Assembly: GCA_963662665.2 (NCBI GenBank) | Contig: CAXXJS010000020.1 | Span: 64,001 to 128,000 of the forward strand | DNA: 64,000 nt | Source of the DNA: Candidatus Latescibacterota bacterium | Lineage (GTDB): Bacteria > Latescibacterota > UBA2968 > GCA-2709665 | Direction: 5' to 3' | Shown: positions 1 through 9,993 of the stretch, piece after piece | Numbering within the stretch: position 1 is the stretch's first letter | Layout: every line of letters starts with the position of its first letter | Notes under the pieces: generated by a model | The model's database searches: none | What the model was told of the DNA's origin: nothing | The model's input: the letters and a program-made list of their open reading frames with translations, nothing else | Made by a program: the position numbers and the translations under genes

Positions 1-108
1 TCCAACGAATCTATCGGACCGGTCACTCCCAGGCGCTGACCTCGCCTTCAAACCGCTGAACGGGTCGTCCTGTGAAGCGCTCAACAGCTTTGATGTCTAT
101 GTTAGGAC

Positions 109-136
109 TTGACATTCGTCTATTAGTAGGTACCAT
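109..136 (+). promoter_or_regulatory. sigma70-type promoter upstream of the FGGY kinase
   Basis: TTGACA (109-114), 16-bp spacer, TACCAT (131-136). Confidence 0.55.
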
Positions 137-241
137 TGGCCCATCTGTCAACGTGAATCTCCTTGCCGCAATCAGGGCGGTCCGGAGTCCGCTGACGTGG
201 GATACAACGACAACCGGTCCAATGCCACGCAATTCAAGGTT

Positions 242-1774
242 ATGTCCCGTTATCCTTTACTGGCTGGAATCGACATCGGCACCACGAATATCAAGGCGCT
301 TGTCTTCGATACCGCCGGCCGCGTTCAGGCCTCCGCGAGCGTGCCGACGCCAATCCATTACCCCCGACCCGGTTGGGCCTATCACACTCCGGATGAATTG
401 TGGACGTGTACGCTGACTGTGTTGAGGGACGCGGTTTCGCAACTGGATGCCGCGGACACGGTTTCGAGTATCGCCGTTTCAAGTATGGCCGAGTCCGGCG
501 TCCCCCTTGACGCGGGAGACTGCCCCACCGCCGACGTCATCGCCTGGTTCGACGGGAGGACGTCAAGCCAGGCCGCGTGGCTGAGCAAGACCGTCGGCGA
601 AGAGCGGATCTACGCCATTACGGGGCTTTCGCTGAAGCCCATTTTCGGTCTCTGCAAGGTCCTCTGGTTGAAAGAAAACAACCCGCAGGCTTACACGAGC
701 ACGGTCTCGTGGCTGAACGTCGCAGATTATATCGCGTTCCGCCTGTGCGGCCAGAAGGCAACCGACTATTCTCTCGCTTCCCGGATGCTCGTCTTTGACC
801 TTCACCGGCGGGACTGGCATTCAGGCCTGCTGGATGAAGCGGGGGTTCCTCCGGGACTGTTTGCGCCGGCATTGCCCTCCGGCACGCTGCTTGGCCGGAT
901 CCTGCCCGACGTTGCGAGGGCGTCCGGCCTTCCGTCCCGCGTACAGGTGACAACCGGCGGCCACGACCACATATGCGGAGCGCTTGCCGCGGGCGCCACC
1001 GAACCCGGTACGCTGCTTAATTCCCTCGGCACAGCAGAAGCGGTCTGTATAGCGGGCCGTCGCGCGTGGCTCAGCGATCAGCTTGCCCGGCAGGGGTATA
1101 CCACGGGTGCCCACGTCGCCCGGGATCGGTACTATATCCTGGGAAGCATCTACACTTCCGGGGCCTGCGTTGAGTGGATCCGCAACCTTCTCGCCAATAA
1201 CGTCGAATACGGCACCCTCATCTCGGAAGCGGAAACGGCCCCTCCCGGAAGCCTGGGCGTCCACTTCCAGCCTCACCTTCGACTCGGCAATCCTCCGAAC
1301 AACGACCCCGGATCGAGGGCCGCGTTTGTTGGTCTCACCGCCGACGTAACCCGCGGGACCCTGTTTCGGGCCGTGCTCGAGGGCTTAGCCTACGAGTGCC
1401 GTCTCTGCCTTGAAGCCATCGTGTCCAATCCTGAAATCGACAGACCGAAACGAATTGTAGCCATCGGCGGAAACACCCGCAACCGGCTTCTCATGCAAAT
1501 CAAGAGCTCGGTATTCAACCAGAGGATCTCGGTTGCAAACGTGGAGGAATCCGTCTCTCTGGGCGCCGCGGTACTGGGTGGCATCGGCGCTGGCGTTTAC
1601 GCCGACATCGACTCTGCGCTGAAAGAACTGACCTACGACAGCTGGACGATAGAGCCGAACGCGGAGCAGGTCGAGATCTACGAAACCGGATTTCAGACCG
1701 TCTACCGCGGAATATTTCCGGCGCTTCAATCCCTGCACCACAGGTTGGGAGACATCCGGCAAACGGACCGGTGA
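242..1774 (+). CDS. FGGY-family carbohydrate kinase (xylulokinase/fuculokinase-like)
   Basis: GIDIGTT phosphate-1 motif, IAWFD.R, TDYSLASR, GGHDH, RAVLEG. ATG 242 preferred over the track start at 197. Confidence 0.9.
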   Translation: MSRYPLLAGIDIGTTNIKALVFDTAGRVQASASVPTPIHYPRPGWAYHTPDELWTCTLTVLRDAVSQLDAADTVSSIAVSSMAESGVPLDAGDCPTADVIAWFDGRTSSQAAWLSKTVGEERIYAITGLSLKPIFGLCKVLWLKENNPQAYTSTVSWLNVADYIAFRLCGQKATDYSLASRMLVFDLHRRDWHSGLLDEAGVPPGLFAPALPSGTLLGRILPDVARASGLPSRVQVTTGGHDHICGALAAGATEPGTLLNSLGTAEAVCIAGRRAWLSDQLARQGYTTGAHVARDRYYILGSIYTSGACVEWIRNLLANNVEYGTLISEAETAPPGSLGVHFQPHLRLGNPPNNDPGSRAAFVGLTADVTRGTLFRAVLEGLAYECRLCLEAIVSNPEIDRPKRIVAIGGNTRNRLLMQIKSSVFNQRISVANVEESVSLGAAVLGGIGAGVYADIDSALKELTYDSWTIEPNAEQVEIYETGFQTVYRGIFPALQSLHHRLGDIRQTDR

Positions 1775-1864
1775 TCTGTCCGGAAGACAATCTGTGTAAA
1801 TCAGTCCAGCGGGCGCCATACCTCGCGCGAAACTTCGAATTCACGGGATCCAAAGGGAGTCTCC

Positions 1865-2851
1865 ATGCACACCATCAGCTGCGCCATCGTGGGGTACGGC
1901 GGCATTGCGCTCTTCCACACGCGCGCGCTCAGCCGTATTCCGGGGGTCCGCCTTCGTACCGTCGTCGGGCGCAGAGCCGAACCGGCCGAATCGTTCAGGG
2001 ACGCGTGGGGCTTTGAAAACGCCACCACCAGCTACGAAGAAGCCCTGGCCGACCCTGATATCGACGCGGTTGTTATCGCCTCACCAAGCGAGGTGCATTA
2101 CGAACAGACCCGGTTGGCGCTGGAGGCCGGCAAGAACGTCCTGGTTGAAATCCCCGTGGCGCTGTCACACAGAGGCGCCGCCGAGATCGCCGGCCTCGCG
2201 AAAAAATCCCGAAACAAGCTGCTGGTTGCCCACACCCGCCGTTTCAACCGCACCGGACGTTTTGTCAAGGATATTATCTCCAGCGGCAAGGCAGGCCACG
2301 TGCACCAACACCATGTCCATGAATTTCAGTTGCGCCGCGACGACGTCGGATGGACAGGCTACAGGCGGAGCTGGACGGACGATGTTCTGTTCCACCATGG
2401 TTGCCACGTGCTCGACTACTCCCTCTGGACCATCGACGAACCCGTCCGCAGGATTCGCGGCGAACTCAGCCCGCTCGACGCGGGAACCGGCACGTCGCTC
2501 GACGTCAGCATGCTGCTCCGATATACCACGGAAACCATTGCGGCACTCAGTCTTTCCTACAACGCCCGAGCGGGCGTCAGCAACAATATCTACCTGTGCG
2601 ACGCGGGCACCCTCGTCGTCACAGGCAACCAGGTCACGCTAAACGACAAAACCCTCTTCCAGAACGACGACACCCTGGAAGACGACGTCCTGGTCCAGAA
2701 CACCGAATTCATCGAGTCGATTCGAAAGGACAGACAACCGGAATGTGGCGCCGAACAGGCCCTTGAGGCTCTGGGTTTGCTGCAACAGGTTTACGACCAG
2801 TCCATCACACTGGAACAGGAGGACAGATACAAACGGATGTGGGAGATTTAG
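1865..2851 (+). CDS. Gfo/Idh/MocA oxidoreductase, LigC-like subfamily
   Basis: GYGGIA Rossmann motif; VEIP instead of EKP, HTRRFN and RSWTDDVLFHHGCHVLD resemble LigC signatures. Confidence 0.85.
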   Translation: MHTISCAIVGYGGIALFHTRALSRIPGVRLRTVVGRRAEPAESFRDAWGFENATTSYEEALADPDIDAVVIASPSEVHYEQTRLALEAGKNVLVEIPVALSHRGAAEIAGLAKKSRNKLLVAHTRRFNRTGRFVKDIISSGKAGHVHQHHVHEFQLRRDDVGWTGYRRSWTDDVLFHHGCHVLDYSLWTIDEPVRRIRGELSPLDAGTGTSLDVSMLLRYTTETIAALSLSYNARAGVSNNIYLCDAGTLVVTGNQVTLNDKTLFQNDDTLEDDVLVQNTEFIESIRKDRQPECGAEQALEALGLLQQVYDQSITLEQEDRYKRMWEI

Positions 2852-2938
2852 TCGTCGGGCGTTTTTCGCCGGCAACACATGGAAATTTTTGGACACCTCC
2901 CGCGTCGTGTACGAGAGACCGCGGCTGACCCGTTTACG

Positions 2939-3487
2939 TTACAGGACCATCTCAACCAGCCCTCTACTCCTCTTGTCCAACGCGCCGAGGTCCGCCACCT
3001 CAAACCTGTTGCCGTCCACGTCCAGAATCAACACGCGCTTTTCGTCCAGCCACCTGGCGTCCTCTCCCACGTTCTTTACCACAAAATCCCGCGGTCCCCG
3101 GTCCGTGGTAACGTCCCAGTAAGAGACCCCGTATTCGCTGCGAATCGAGTGAACCCGTTCAATCCGCGAGGTCATATACCGCCGTGCCAGTTCCTCCCGG
3201 ATGATGTCCTGATACGCCCTGGGGAGTTTGCGGACGTCGTCGACCATGCAGATCACCTCGTCGTTTGCGTCGAGGAAACAGATGTACCGGTCCGGTTCCG
3301 ACAACGGGACCGCACGGACGATCTTCACCGTCAGATACGAGCGATCGCATTCAATGGTCATGCGCAGATGCCAGGCCGGTTCCCGGAAGATTCTGATATT
3401 GCCGGTATCCACATCCTGTGGATGGGTCACGTCGATCGGCGTGGGTTTCCATCCGTCTTTATATTCCGTATCCATGGTTTCCTGCAA
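2939..3487 (-). CDS. DUF1854 domain protein (copy 1)
   Basis: RAVPLSEPDRYI, EELARRY, WDVTTDRG and DVDGNRF motifs; directly downstream of an ABC transporter. Start may be ATG 3475. Confidence 0.85.
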   Translation of the reverse strand: MQETMDTEYKDGWKPTPIDVTHPQDVDTGNIRIFREPAWHLRMTIECDRSYLTVKIVRAVPLSEPDRYICFLDANDEVICMVDDVRKLPRAYQDIIREELARRYMTSRIERVHSIRSEYGVSYWDVTTDRGPRDFVVKNVGEDARWLDEKRVLILDVDGNRFEVADLGALDKRSRGLVEMVL

Positions 3488-3490
3488 TCC

Positions 3491-5725
3491 TCAATTCCTT
3501 CCCGTTTCGTCCTTGCCGCCGCCGACAGCCATTACCGCCGATGTTTCCTGCTGGCTCTTCACGAGGCGGTAGAAGAAACCCTTACGCGACATTAATTCGT
3601 GGTGGGTACCGGTTTCGGCCACCTTGCCGTCGTCCAACACCACAAGCCTGTCGGCGATGCGCAACGTGGATAGCCTGTGTGCAATCGCAAAGGTCGTGCG
3701 GCCCTTTACCAGACGCGAGATGGCCTTCTGGATCTTCCACTCCGTCCGGGTGTCCAGCGAAGACGTCGCCTCATCCAGAATCAGAATTCGCGGATCGTGC
3801 AGAATCGCGCGTGCGATTGATATCCGCTGCTTTTCGCCGCCCGACAGTTTCCCTCCCTTTTCTCCCACCTTCATATCGTACCCGTCCGGTTTTTGTACGA
3901 TGAACTCGTGCGCCTCCGCCGCAGTGGCCGCCCGAATGACTTCACTGAACGTCGCATTCGGCTTGCCGTACGCGATATTCTCGGCAATCGTCGCGTCAAA
4001 AAGGAATGGCTCCTGCTGAACCATGCCGATCCGGGATCGCAGGTCTTCCAGGCAAACCTCCCGCATGTCCGTACCGTCGATTTCAATGCGTCCCCTGTCA
4101 GGATCGTAGAAACGGCAAATCAGACTGATCAGCGTGGATTTGCCGGCGCCGGATTTCCCGACGAGGCCGACCATCTCTCCTGGTTTCGCAACAAGATCTA
4201 TACCCTTCAGAACGGGCTTTCCACGGTCGTAACCGAAAGTCACGTCCCGGAACGCGACCTGCCCCTCCATTCGCGGCAGTGGAACGGCATCTGTAGTGTT
4301 ACGGGTTTCCGGTAATGAATCCGTGACCTCGAAAATCCGTTCGGCGCCGGCGAACGCCCGCAGAAGAACATTGTAGAGTTCGCCAAACCACCGCAATGGC
4401 TCGTACAACATCCACAGATAGCTGATGAAGGCGACCAGGGCGCCCAGCGTCATCTCACCGCCCAGAATCTGACGGCCTCCAAAATACCAGACCAGAAACA
4501 CGCCCCAACTCATCAGGAAATTCGTCACCGTAAAGAACACAAACCAGTTCCGCTCGCCAGCAACAGTCACCTTGCGCAGATCCTCGTTTCGCCTGTCAAA
4601 TCGCTCGCTTTCACGGGATTCCTGTGCGAACGCCTTTACCACCCGGATGCCGCCAATTGATTCACTCAGGTGCGACGAAAGGCGCGACCACCTCGATCCC
4701 CATTGGATCCAGTGGCGCATCACACGCTTCCAGATGCGACTTCCGCCCAGCACAATCGGGGGAACGGGTAACAGTACGAGTAACGCAAGCTTCCAGTTTG
4801 TCGCCAACAACAGGCCCAGAATCCCCGCAAAGAGCAGGACCTTCGATACGACCAGAGGCAGGTCAGACGCCAGAAACCCCTCCAGCCTGTCGGAGTCGTT
4901 CGACATCCTCGAGATGAGACTGCCCGTGCTGCGACGATCGTAAAACCGCAGAGGCAAAAACTGCAGCTTTCGGTAAAGGTCCGACCGAATGTCCTGCACG
5001 CCCCGATGTCCAAGGCGCAGGGAAAGCCATTCCGTAGTCACCGCAGCCGCGCAGAACAGCAATCGCGCCCCCAGCAAACCGAACACGAGCCAGACCAGCA
5101 GGTTGAAGTTGTCGCGGGGGGTAAGCACGTCATCGATAATATGCTGCGTAATCTTGGGCGGCACCAGTTCCAGCGCGGTTGAGATAAGGGTCAGTATCAC
5201 GACTGATGCCAGCCGCCACGGCTGCGTCGTGAGAAATCGGAGAAGACGGCGCAACGTATGCCATTTCCTGATGCACGCCGCACAGATTCCGTTCTTTTCA
5301 GGCAGCAGCCGGCCGCACGCGTCACAGCGTGCCCGCTCTACTTCCTCCGGCAAAGACAGATCCTTGCCCTCCGACAACTGCCGGATGCCCTCCGCCACCT
5401 CGGCGAATTTGGAAATCAGCGATTGTGTATATGGCACAAAAAGCGGGCCTTCCTTTTGCCGATCGACCGCCAGGCAACCCCCACCCACTTCCTCTTCCGT
5501 CCGCACACCCGCCATCTCACCCATCGGCACCACCACGATATCTCTTTCGCCATCGTGGGGCACAAGGATTATCCGCCTCGCCGTAACGACGACCCACTGC
5601 CGGCCGAACTGCCGGTTTGGCAGCAGATCCGTCGCTACGTGCATAAGCGCCGGCTCATCGTTCAGGCCTTTTCTTCCAAGCATCTCCGACACGGATGCCG
5701 GCAACGCCTCTTTGAACGCACTCAT
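3491..5725 (-). CDS. ABC half-transporter (TMD+NBD) with N-terminal extra domain and zinc ribbon (paralog 1)
   Basis: Walker A GKSGAGKST, LSGGEKQR, ILILDEATS, AHRL; hydrophobic TMD; CDAC-x10-CAAC. Confidence 0.92.
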   Translation of the reverse strand: MSAFKEALPASVSEMLGRKGLNDEPALMHVATDLLPNRQFGRQWVVVTARRIILVPHDGERDIVVVPMGEMAGVRTEEEVGGGCLAVDRQKEGPLFVPYTQSLISKFAEVAEGIRQLSEGKDLSLPEEVERARCDACGRLLPEKNGICAACIRKWHTLRRLLRFLTTQPWRLASVVILTLISTALELVPPKITQHIIDDVLTPRDNFNLLVWLVFGLLGARLLFCAAAVTTEWLSLRLGHRGVQDIRSDLYRKLQFLPLRFYDRRSTGSLISRMSNDSDRLEGFLASDLPLVVSKVLLFAGILGLLLATNWKLALLVLLPVPPIVLGGSRIWKRVMRHWIQWGSRWSRLSSHLSESIGGIRVVKAFAQESRESERFDRRNEDLRKVTVAGERNWFVFFTVTNFLMSWGVFLVWYFGGRQILGGEMTLGALVAFISYLWMLYEPLRWFGELYNVLLRAFAGAERIFEVTDSLPETRNTTDAVPLPRMEGQVAFRDVTFGYDRGKPVLKGIDLVAKPGEMVGLVGKSGAGKSTLISLICRFYDPDRGRIEIDGTDMREVCLEDLRSRIGMVQQEPFLFDATIAENIAYGKPNATFSEVIRAATAAEAHEFIVQKPDGYDMKVGEKGGKLSGGEKQRISIARAILHDPRILILDEATSSLDTRTEWKIQKAISRLVKGRTTFAIAHRLSTLRIADRLVVLDDGKVAETGTHHELMSRKGFFYRLVKSQQETSAVMAVGGGKDETGRN

Positions 5726-5770
5726 AGTGTTTACCAACACAGCCAGGCCGAGGGTATCGTCAGGACCCGA

Positions 5771-8008
5771 CTACGCCTTTACGGCGATGATTTCGGAAAC
5801 TTCCTGCTGCAGGCGCACCAGATTGTAGAACACGCCCTCCTTCGACAACAACTCACCGTGCGTGCCTGCCTCTACGATCCGCCCGCCATCCAGAACAACC
5901 AGGCGGTCCGCGTTCCGAAGCGTGGACAACCTGTGCGCGATCGCGAACGTCGTCCGACCGCGTACGAGGCGAGACACCGCCTCCTGAATCTGGACTTCCG
6001 TCTGAACGTCGACGCTGGATGTTGCTTCGTCCAGTATCAGAATCCTCGGATCGTGGAGGATTGCCCGCGCAAGCGACACCCGCTGTTTTTCACCTCCCGA
6101 CAAGTTCCCTCCCCTCTCTCCAACGTCGGAATCATATCCATCGGGCCTGGACACGATAAAGGCATGCGCATTGGCCGCCTTCGCCGCGTCCATGATTTCA
6201 TCGAGACCGGCGCCGGGCTTGCCGTAACCGATGTTCTCCGCAATGGTACCGCTGAATAGAACAGGTTCCTGAAGGACGATGCCGATTTGAGCGCGCAGAT
6301 CCTCCAGCCGAATATTACGGACGTCCATACCGTCGATCTCGATTCCTCCCGCATCCACGTCGTAAAATCTGCATATCAGGTTTACCAGCGTTGTCTTGCC
6401 CACACCCGATTTGCCCACGAGTCCGATCATCTCTCCCGGCTCGACATCGAGGTCGATTTCCCGCAAAACGGGCTTGGATTTGTCATAGCCAAAGGTCACA
6501 TTTCTGAACCGGACTCGACCTTCCATTGTCGGCAAGGAGGCAGCACCGGGGTCATCGTACGCTTCGGGCGGAGTATCGATGACTTCGAAGACACGCTCGG
6601 CCCCGGTCAGCGCACGTGACATCCAGTTGCTCACCATGCCGAACCACTGCAGCGGGCCGTAGAGGAGCCACATGTAGCTGTAGAACGCCATTAGCGTGCC
6701 CAGTGTCAACTCCCCGCCCAGCACCTTCTGTCCCCCGAAAAACCAGACAATCAACACGCCCAGGCTACTCAGAAAAGTCGTCGTGGTCCAGAAGACCGCC
6801 CAACTGGTTTCCGCCCGTACGGCCCTAAACGTAAGGTCACGGTTACACCGCTCGAATACTTCGATCTCTCGTTTCTCCTGAGTAAACGCTTTAACGATCC
6901 GAATGCCTGCAACGGCTTCGTTCACGCGGGCGATCAATTCAGACCAGCATCTGTACCACCTGGCATAGTGGGTGCGCATCCGTTTCCAGCAGACAGCTGT
7001 TCCGGCCACAACAAGCGGCATGGGAATGAGCACAAGGAGCGTAAGGCGCCAGTTCATCAGCAGCAGCGCGACCATAATGCCCAGAAACATCAGGCTGTTG
7101 GTGATGAGATAGGGCAATCCGTCGACCAGAAAGTGCTGCAATCGCTCGGTGTCCCTCGTCACACGTGACATGAGCCCGCCGACCTGACGCTTGTCGTAGA
7201 ACTGAAGCGAAAGCAGTTCCAGGCGTCGATACAGCTGACTTCGAATGTCGGCCGTCACCCTCGCGCTCAGCCAGGTCGTCGTCCATCCGTGCAGCCATTC
7301 CGCTCCCCAGGTAATCAACCGTACGCCCACGAGAGCAAGCACCAGGTGAACCAACAGTTCCAGCCGACCGCCAACGTCAGACGTCGCTTCGGGCGCCAGG
7401 ACCTCATCCACGATCAGCCGGGTAATCTGAGGCGGAATCAACTCGGCGGCCGTTGTGACGACGGTTGCAAGCGCAAGCAACGCCGCACGTCTTCCATACG
7501 GCGCAAGGTACCGTGCGATTCGTGCCAGCACATCCATCCGTTTCAGGCATGCAGGACAGATCCCGTTCTTCTCAGGCAACAGCCGCCCACAGGTCTCGCA
7601 TCGACTCCGCTCGGGCGCGATACCCGCTAACAGCCGCTGGGACGTCCTGAGCCGCTCAATACCGCGGGCCAACTCCGAAAACTCCCCCGCACGGGTCTGG
7701 GAATGTAGTACACGTATTGTTGGCAGGCTCTTGCGTTCGATCTCCAGCTCTGCACCTCCCACAAGGGGTTCTGTTCTGGCGCACCTCACATCTTCCAGGG
7801 GAACGTCCACTGTGGGTCGTGTGTCTCTTTCATCCAACACAAGAATCCGTTTTCGTGTCACGACCACCGACTGCGCGCCATAGCAGCCAAGGGCGTCAAT
7901 GTCCGAACGGGCATGCAGCAAGGGCATCTCGCCGTCATCCAGAACAGCGCGTACACGAGACGGGATGCCGTGGATCGGATTCTCATGCAATGAATCCATA
8001 GTTTTCAC
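5771..8008 (-). CDS. ABC half-transporter with N-terminal extra domain and zinc ribbon (paralog 2)
   Basis: GKSGVGKTT, LSGGEKQR, ILILDEATS, AHRL; CETC-x10-CPAC. Confidence 0.92.
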   Translation of the reverse strand: MKTMDSLHENPIHGIPSRVRAVLDDGEMPLLHARSDIDALGCYGAQSVVVTRKRILVLDERDTRPTVDVPLEDVRCARTEPLVGGAELEIERKSLPTIRVLHSQTRAGEFSELARGIERLRTSQRLLAGIAPERSRCETCGRLLPEKNGICPACLKRMDVLARIARYLAPYGRRAALLALATVVTTAAELIPPQITRLIVDEVLAPEATSDVGGRLELLVHLVLALVGVRLITWGAEWLHGWTTTWLSARVTADIRSQLYRRLELLSLQFYDKRQVGGLMSRVTRDTERLQHFLVDGLPYLITNSLMFLGIMVALLLMNWRLTLLVLIPMPLVVAGTAVCWKRMRTHYARWYRCWSELIARVNEAVAGIRIVKAFTQEKREIEVFERCNRDLTFRAVRAETSWAVFWTTTTFLSSLGVLIVWFFGGQKVLGGELTLGTLMAFYSYMWLLYGPLQWFGMVSNWMSRALTGAERVFEVIDTPPEAYDDPGAASLPTMEGRVRFRNVTFGYDKSKPVLREIDLDVEPGEMIGLVGKSGVGKTTLVNLICRFYDVDAGGIEIDGMDVRNIRLEDLRAQIGIVLQEPVLFSGTIAENIGYGKPGAGLDEIMDAAKAANAHAFIVSRPDGYDSDVGERGGNLSGGEKQRVSLARAILHDPRILILDEATSSVDVQTEVQIQEAVSRLVRGRTTFAIAHRLSTLRNADRLVVLDGGRIVEAGTHGELLSKEGVFYNLVRLQQEVSEIIAVKA

Positions 8009-8192
8009 GTCCTCTTATACCTGCCTGGTCACCAACCTCGAATCTCAATGTCAGGCGTCATCCGATGCGACCATTCCCGCCAGCAACCGGTTTCGAACAA
8101 CCACACCCTCACCAATCAAAAAAGCGTCGACCTTCGTGCGAATAGCGACGCTTCGAAGTTTGTGCAATGGGTTCGACTTACCGCCGCCCGGT

Positions 8193-8837
8193 TCATTCTG
8201 CAAGTTCAACGGTGCCCCAGAGGCTCGGATCGTACGAAACCGGAAGCGGCTCGTCTGCGGTCCAGAACTGTCGACCCTGTTTCCGATCCTGCAGCAAATA
8301 GGTAAATCCCAAGAGACGGTTTTCTTCCGGATCGAACCCTGTCAACAATTCGGCCGGCAAAGACACCTCCATGCGGTATCCGGTTCCGGATTCATCGCTG
8401 GCCACCGGCAATTCCGAGGGTTCGCAGAGCTTCGAGTGCCCGCGGGCCCGCCGGATTCGTACCTGTCCACCCCTCGGCTTCCGGCTACCTGCTCCAGGCA
8501 GGAAATAGAAGTGGTGGCAGTACCGGCTTGCACGGTGTGCGTTGCGAACATCCCGGGTATCCAGCCAGATTTGCAGGCCATCTCCCTGTAGCGGACGCCG
8601 GTCGTCCACGTTAGCGCCGGCCGCCCTCTTTACATCCACGGCAAAATAAAGGCCGTGCTCGTTCCAGGCGGCGTAAACATCGGCAAACGCCACTCGTCCG
8701 TCCACAGCCGTAAGGTCCGGTATCCGGAAGGTCCGGTCCCAATCGTGCAGGTCTCCGTCCATGCACGGCGGCTCTTTCCGGTATGGACACTTCCAGGCGA
8801 AACTGAAGAAAACGCGTTTGGATATCTCCAGATTCAT
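8193..8837 (-). CDS. CBM9-like/DOMON-fold protein without signal peptide
   Basis: P.MDGDLHDW, AAWNEHGLYFAVDV, GDGLQIWLD, GYRMEVSLP are CBM9-like patterns. Confidence 0.7.
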   Translation of the reverse strand: MNLEISKRVFFSFAWKCPYRKEPPCMDGDLHDWDRTFRIPDLTAVDGRVAFADVYAAWNEHGLYFAVDVKRAAGANVDDRRPLQGDGLQIWLDTRDVRNAHRASRYCHHFYFLPGAGSRKPRGGQVRIRRARGHSKLCEPSELPVASDESGTGYRMEVSLPAELLTGFDPEENRLLGFTYLLQDRKQGRQFWTADEPLPVSYDPSLWGTVELAE

Positions 8838-8857
8838 CGATCCACGTCTCCGGTCGA

Positions 8858-9895
8858 TCAGACCACGTTACCCTCTTTACGCACAACCGCCGAGTTCTCC
8901 ATTGCGTTTCCCTGAACAAGAATCGGCCGGTCTGTTCCGGTCTGGTCGTTGACAATCAGGTCGACATTATGAAAGTGGTTTCCGGTAATCGACATGCCGG
9001 CCCCGGTGAGCCACAGTGGCAGGCGCTCTTTCGGATGCGGCCCCCGAATCACGTTTCCGGAAACGGCCGTGTTGAAACCCCGCACATCCATCGCCAGCCC
9101 CAGACTCCCACCCTTATCCACAGTAACGATATTTCCTGAAATCACATGGCGCTCGGATTCGGTCCAGGACCGGAACGCAATGTCCAGGTCACCACCTTTG
9201 CGCACGAAAACCTGGTTATTCGCCATAACGATCGAGTCTCCCGCATCGGATCCCACGGCGACGTGTGTTCGTCCTGTAATTTCCACAAAATTGCCCATCA
9301 CGAAACCAGGGCCGCCCAGAAGCTCCACGGCGTCTGAATTCGCATTTCCCAACAGGTTGTTTATTACCCTCATATTCGGCCCCTGAAGCATAATGCCAAG
9401 TCGCTGGGCATTAAGCACAGTGCAGTTCTGTATGGTAATATTGTGCGTTGGCTTCGGACAGGATCCACCGGGTGCCGCACAGAATGCTTTGATGCCGTTG
9501 TACTCGAACCGGCCGTGGGAGATACTATGGAGCTCGGCGCCATTGTACGGATTCCGGTCTCTATTCTGGTCCACCCAGAGATCCCTGATTGTAATATTCC
9601 CTATGCCGTTCCCGATAATGCGGATCACGTTCGTATTCTGTTCGGCCGCCAGAATCAGCCGGGTCGCGGCGCCCTGCCCTGCCAGCGTCACGTTGCTCCG
9701 GTCGATGATCAGCCCGCCGAGGGTACCCGCCACCCTGCGGATGTCGTAGACACCCTCCTTCAGGACGACCGTGCCGCCCGACGGCGGAAGCGATTGAATC
9801 GCCGCGTAGATTTCCTCCTGGTCGCCGTGTCCGTCGCCGACGAAATCGGCTGCGTTCCTGGATTTCTCAGACGAATTCCGGGTTGCGACTACCAT
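8858..9895 (-). CDS. right-handed parallel beta-helix protein (pectate-lyase/tailspike-like fold)
   Basis: ADFVGDG..DQEEI.AAI..L...GGTV.L..G.Y.I N-terminal cap, followed by repeated I.GN.I beta-helix rungs; no signal peptide. Confidence 0.75.
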   Translation of the reverse strand: MVVATRNSSEKSRNAADFVGDGHGDQEEIYAAIQSLPPSGGTVVLKEGVYDIRRVAGTLGGLIIDRSNVTLAGQGAATRLILAAEQNTNVIRIIGNGIGNITIRDLWVDQNRDRNPYNGAELHSISHGRFEYNGIKAFCAAPGGSCPKPTHNITIQNCTVLNAQRLGIMLQGPNMRVINNLLGNANSDAVELLGGPGFVMGNFVEITGRTHVAVGSDAGDSIVMANNQVFVRKGGDLDIAFRSWTESERHVISGNIVTVDKGGSLGLAMDVRGFNTAVSGNVIRGPHPKERLPLWLTGAGMSITGNHFHNVDLIVNDQTGTDRPILVQGNAMENSAVVRKEGNVV

Positions 9896-9993
9896 GTTAT
9901 TCCCCCGAATGTTGACCGTGGAACTCCGTTACAGGCGCTATGGTACACTCAGTACGGATGCATCTTGCGAATGACCTGAAGCGACAGGGCGCC

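Noticed and set aside
93-115. ATGTC-N13-GACAT inverted repeat overlapping the -35 of the kinase promoter
   Set aside because: Only 5-bp arms and no regulator gene in view; could easily be chance.
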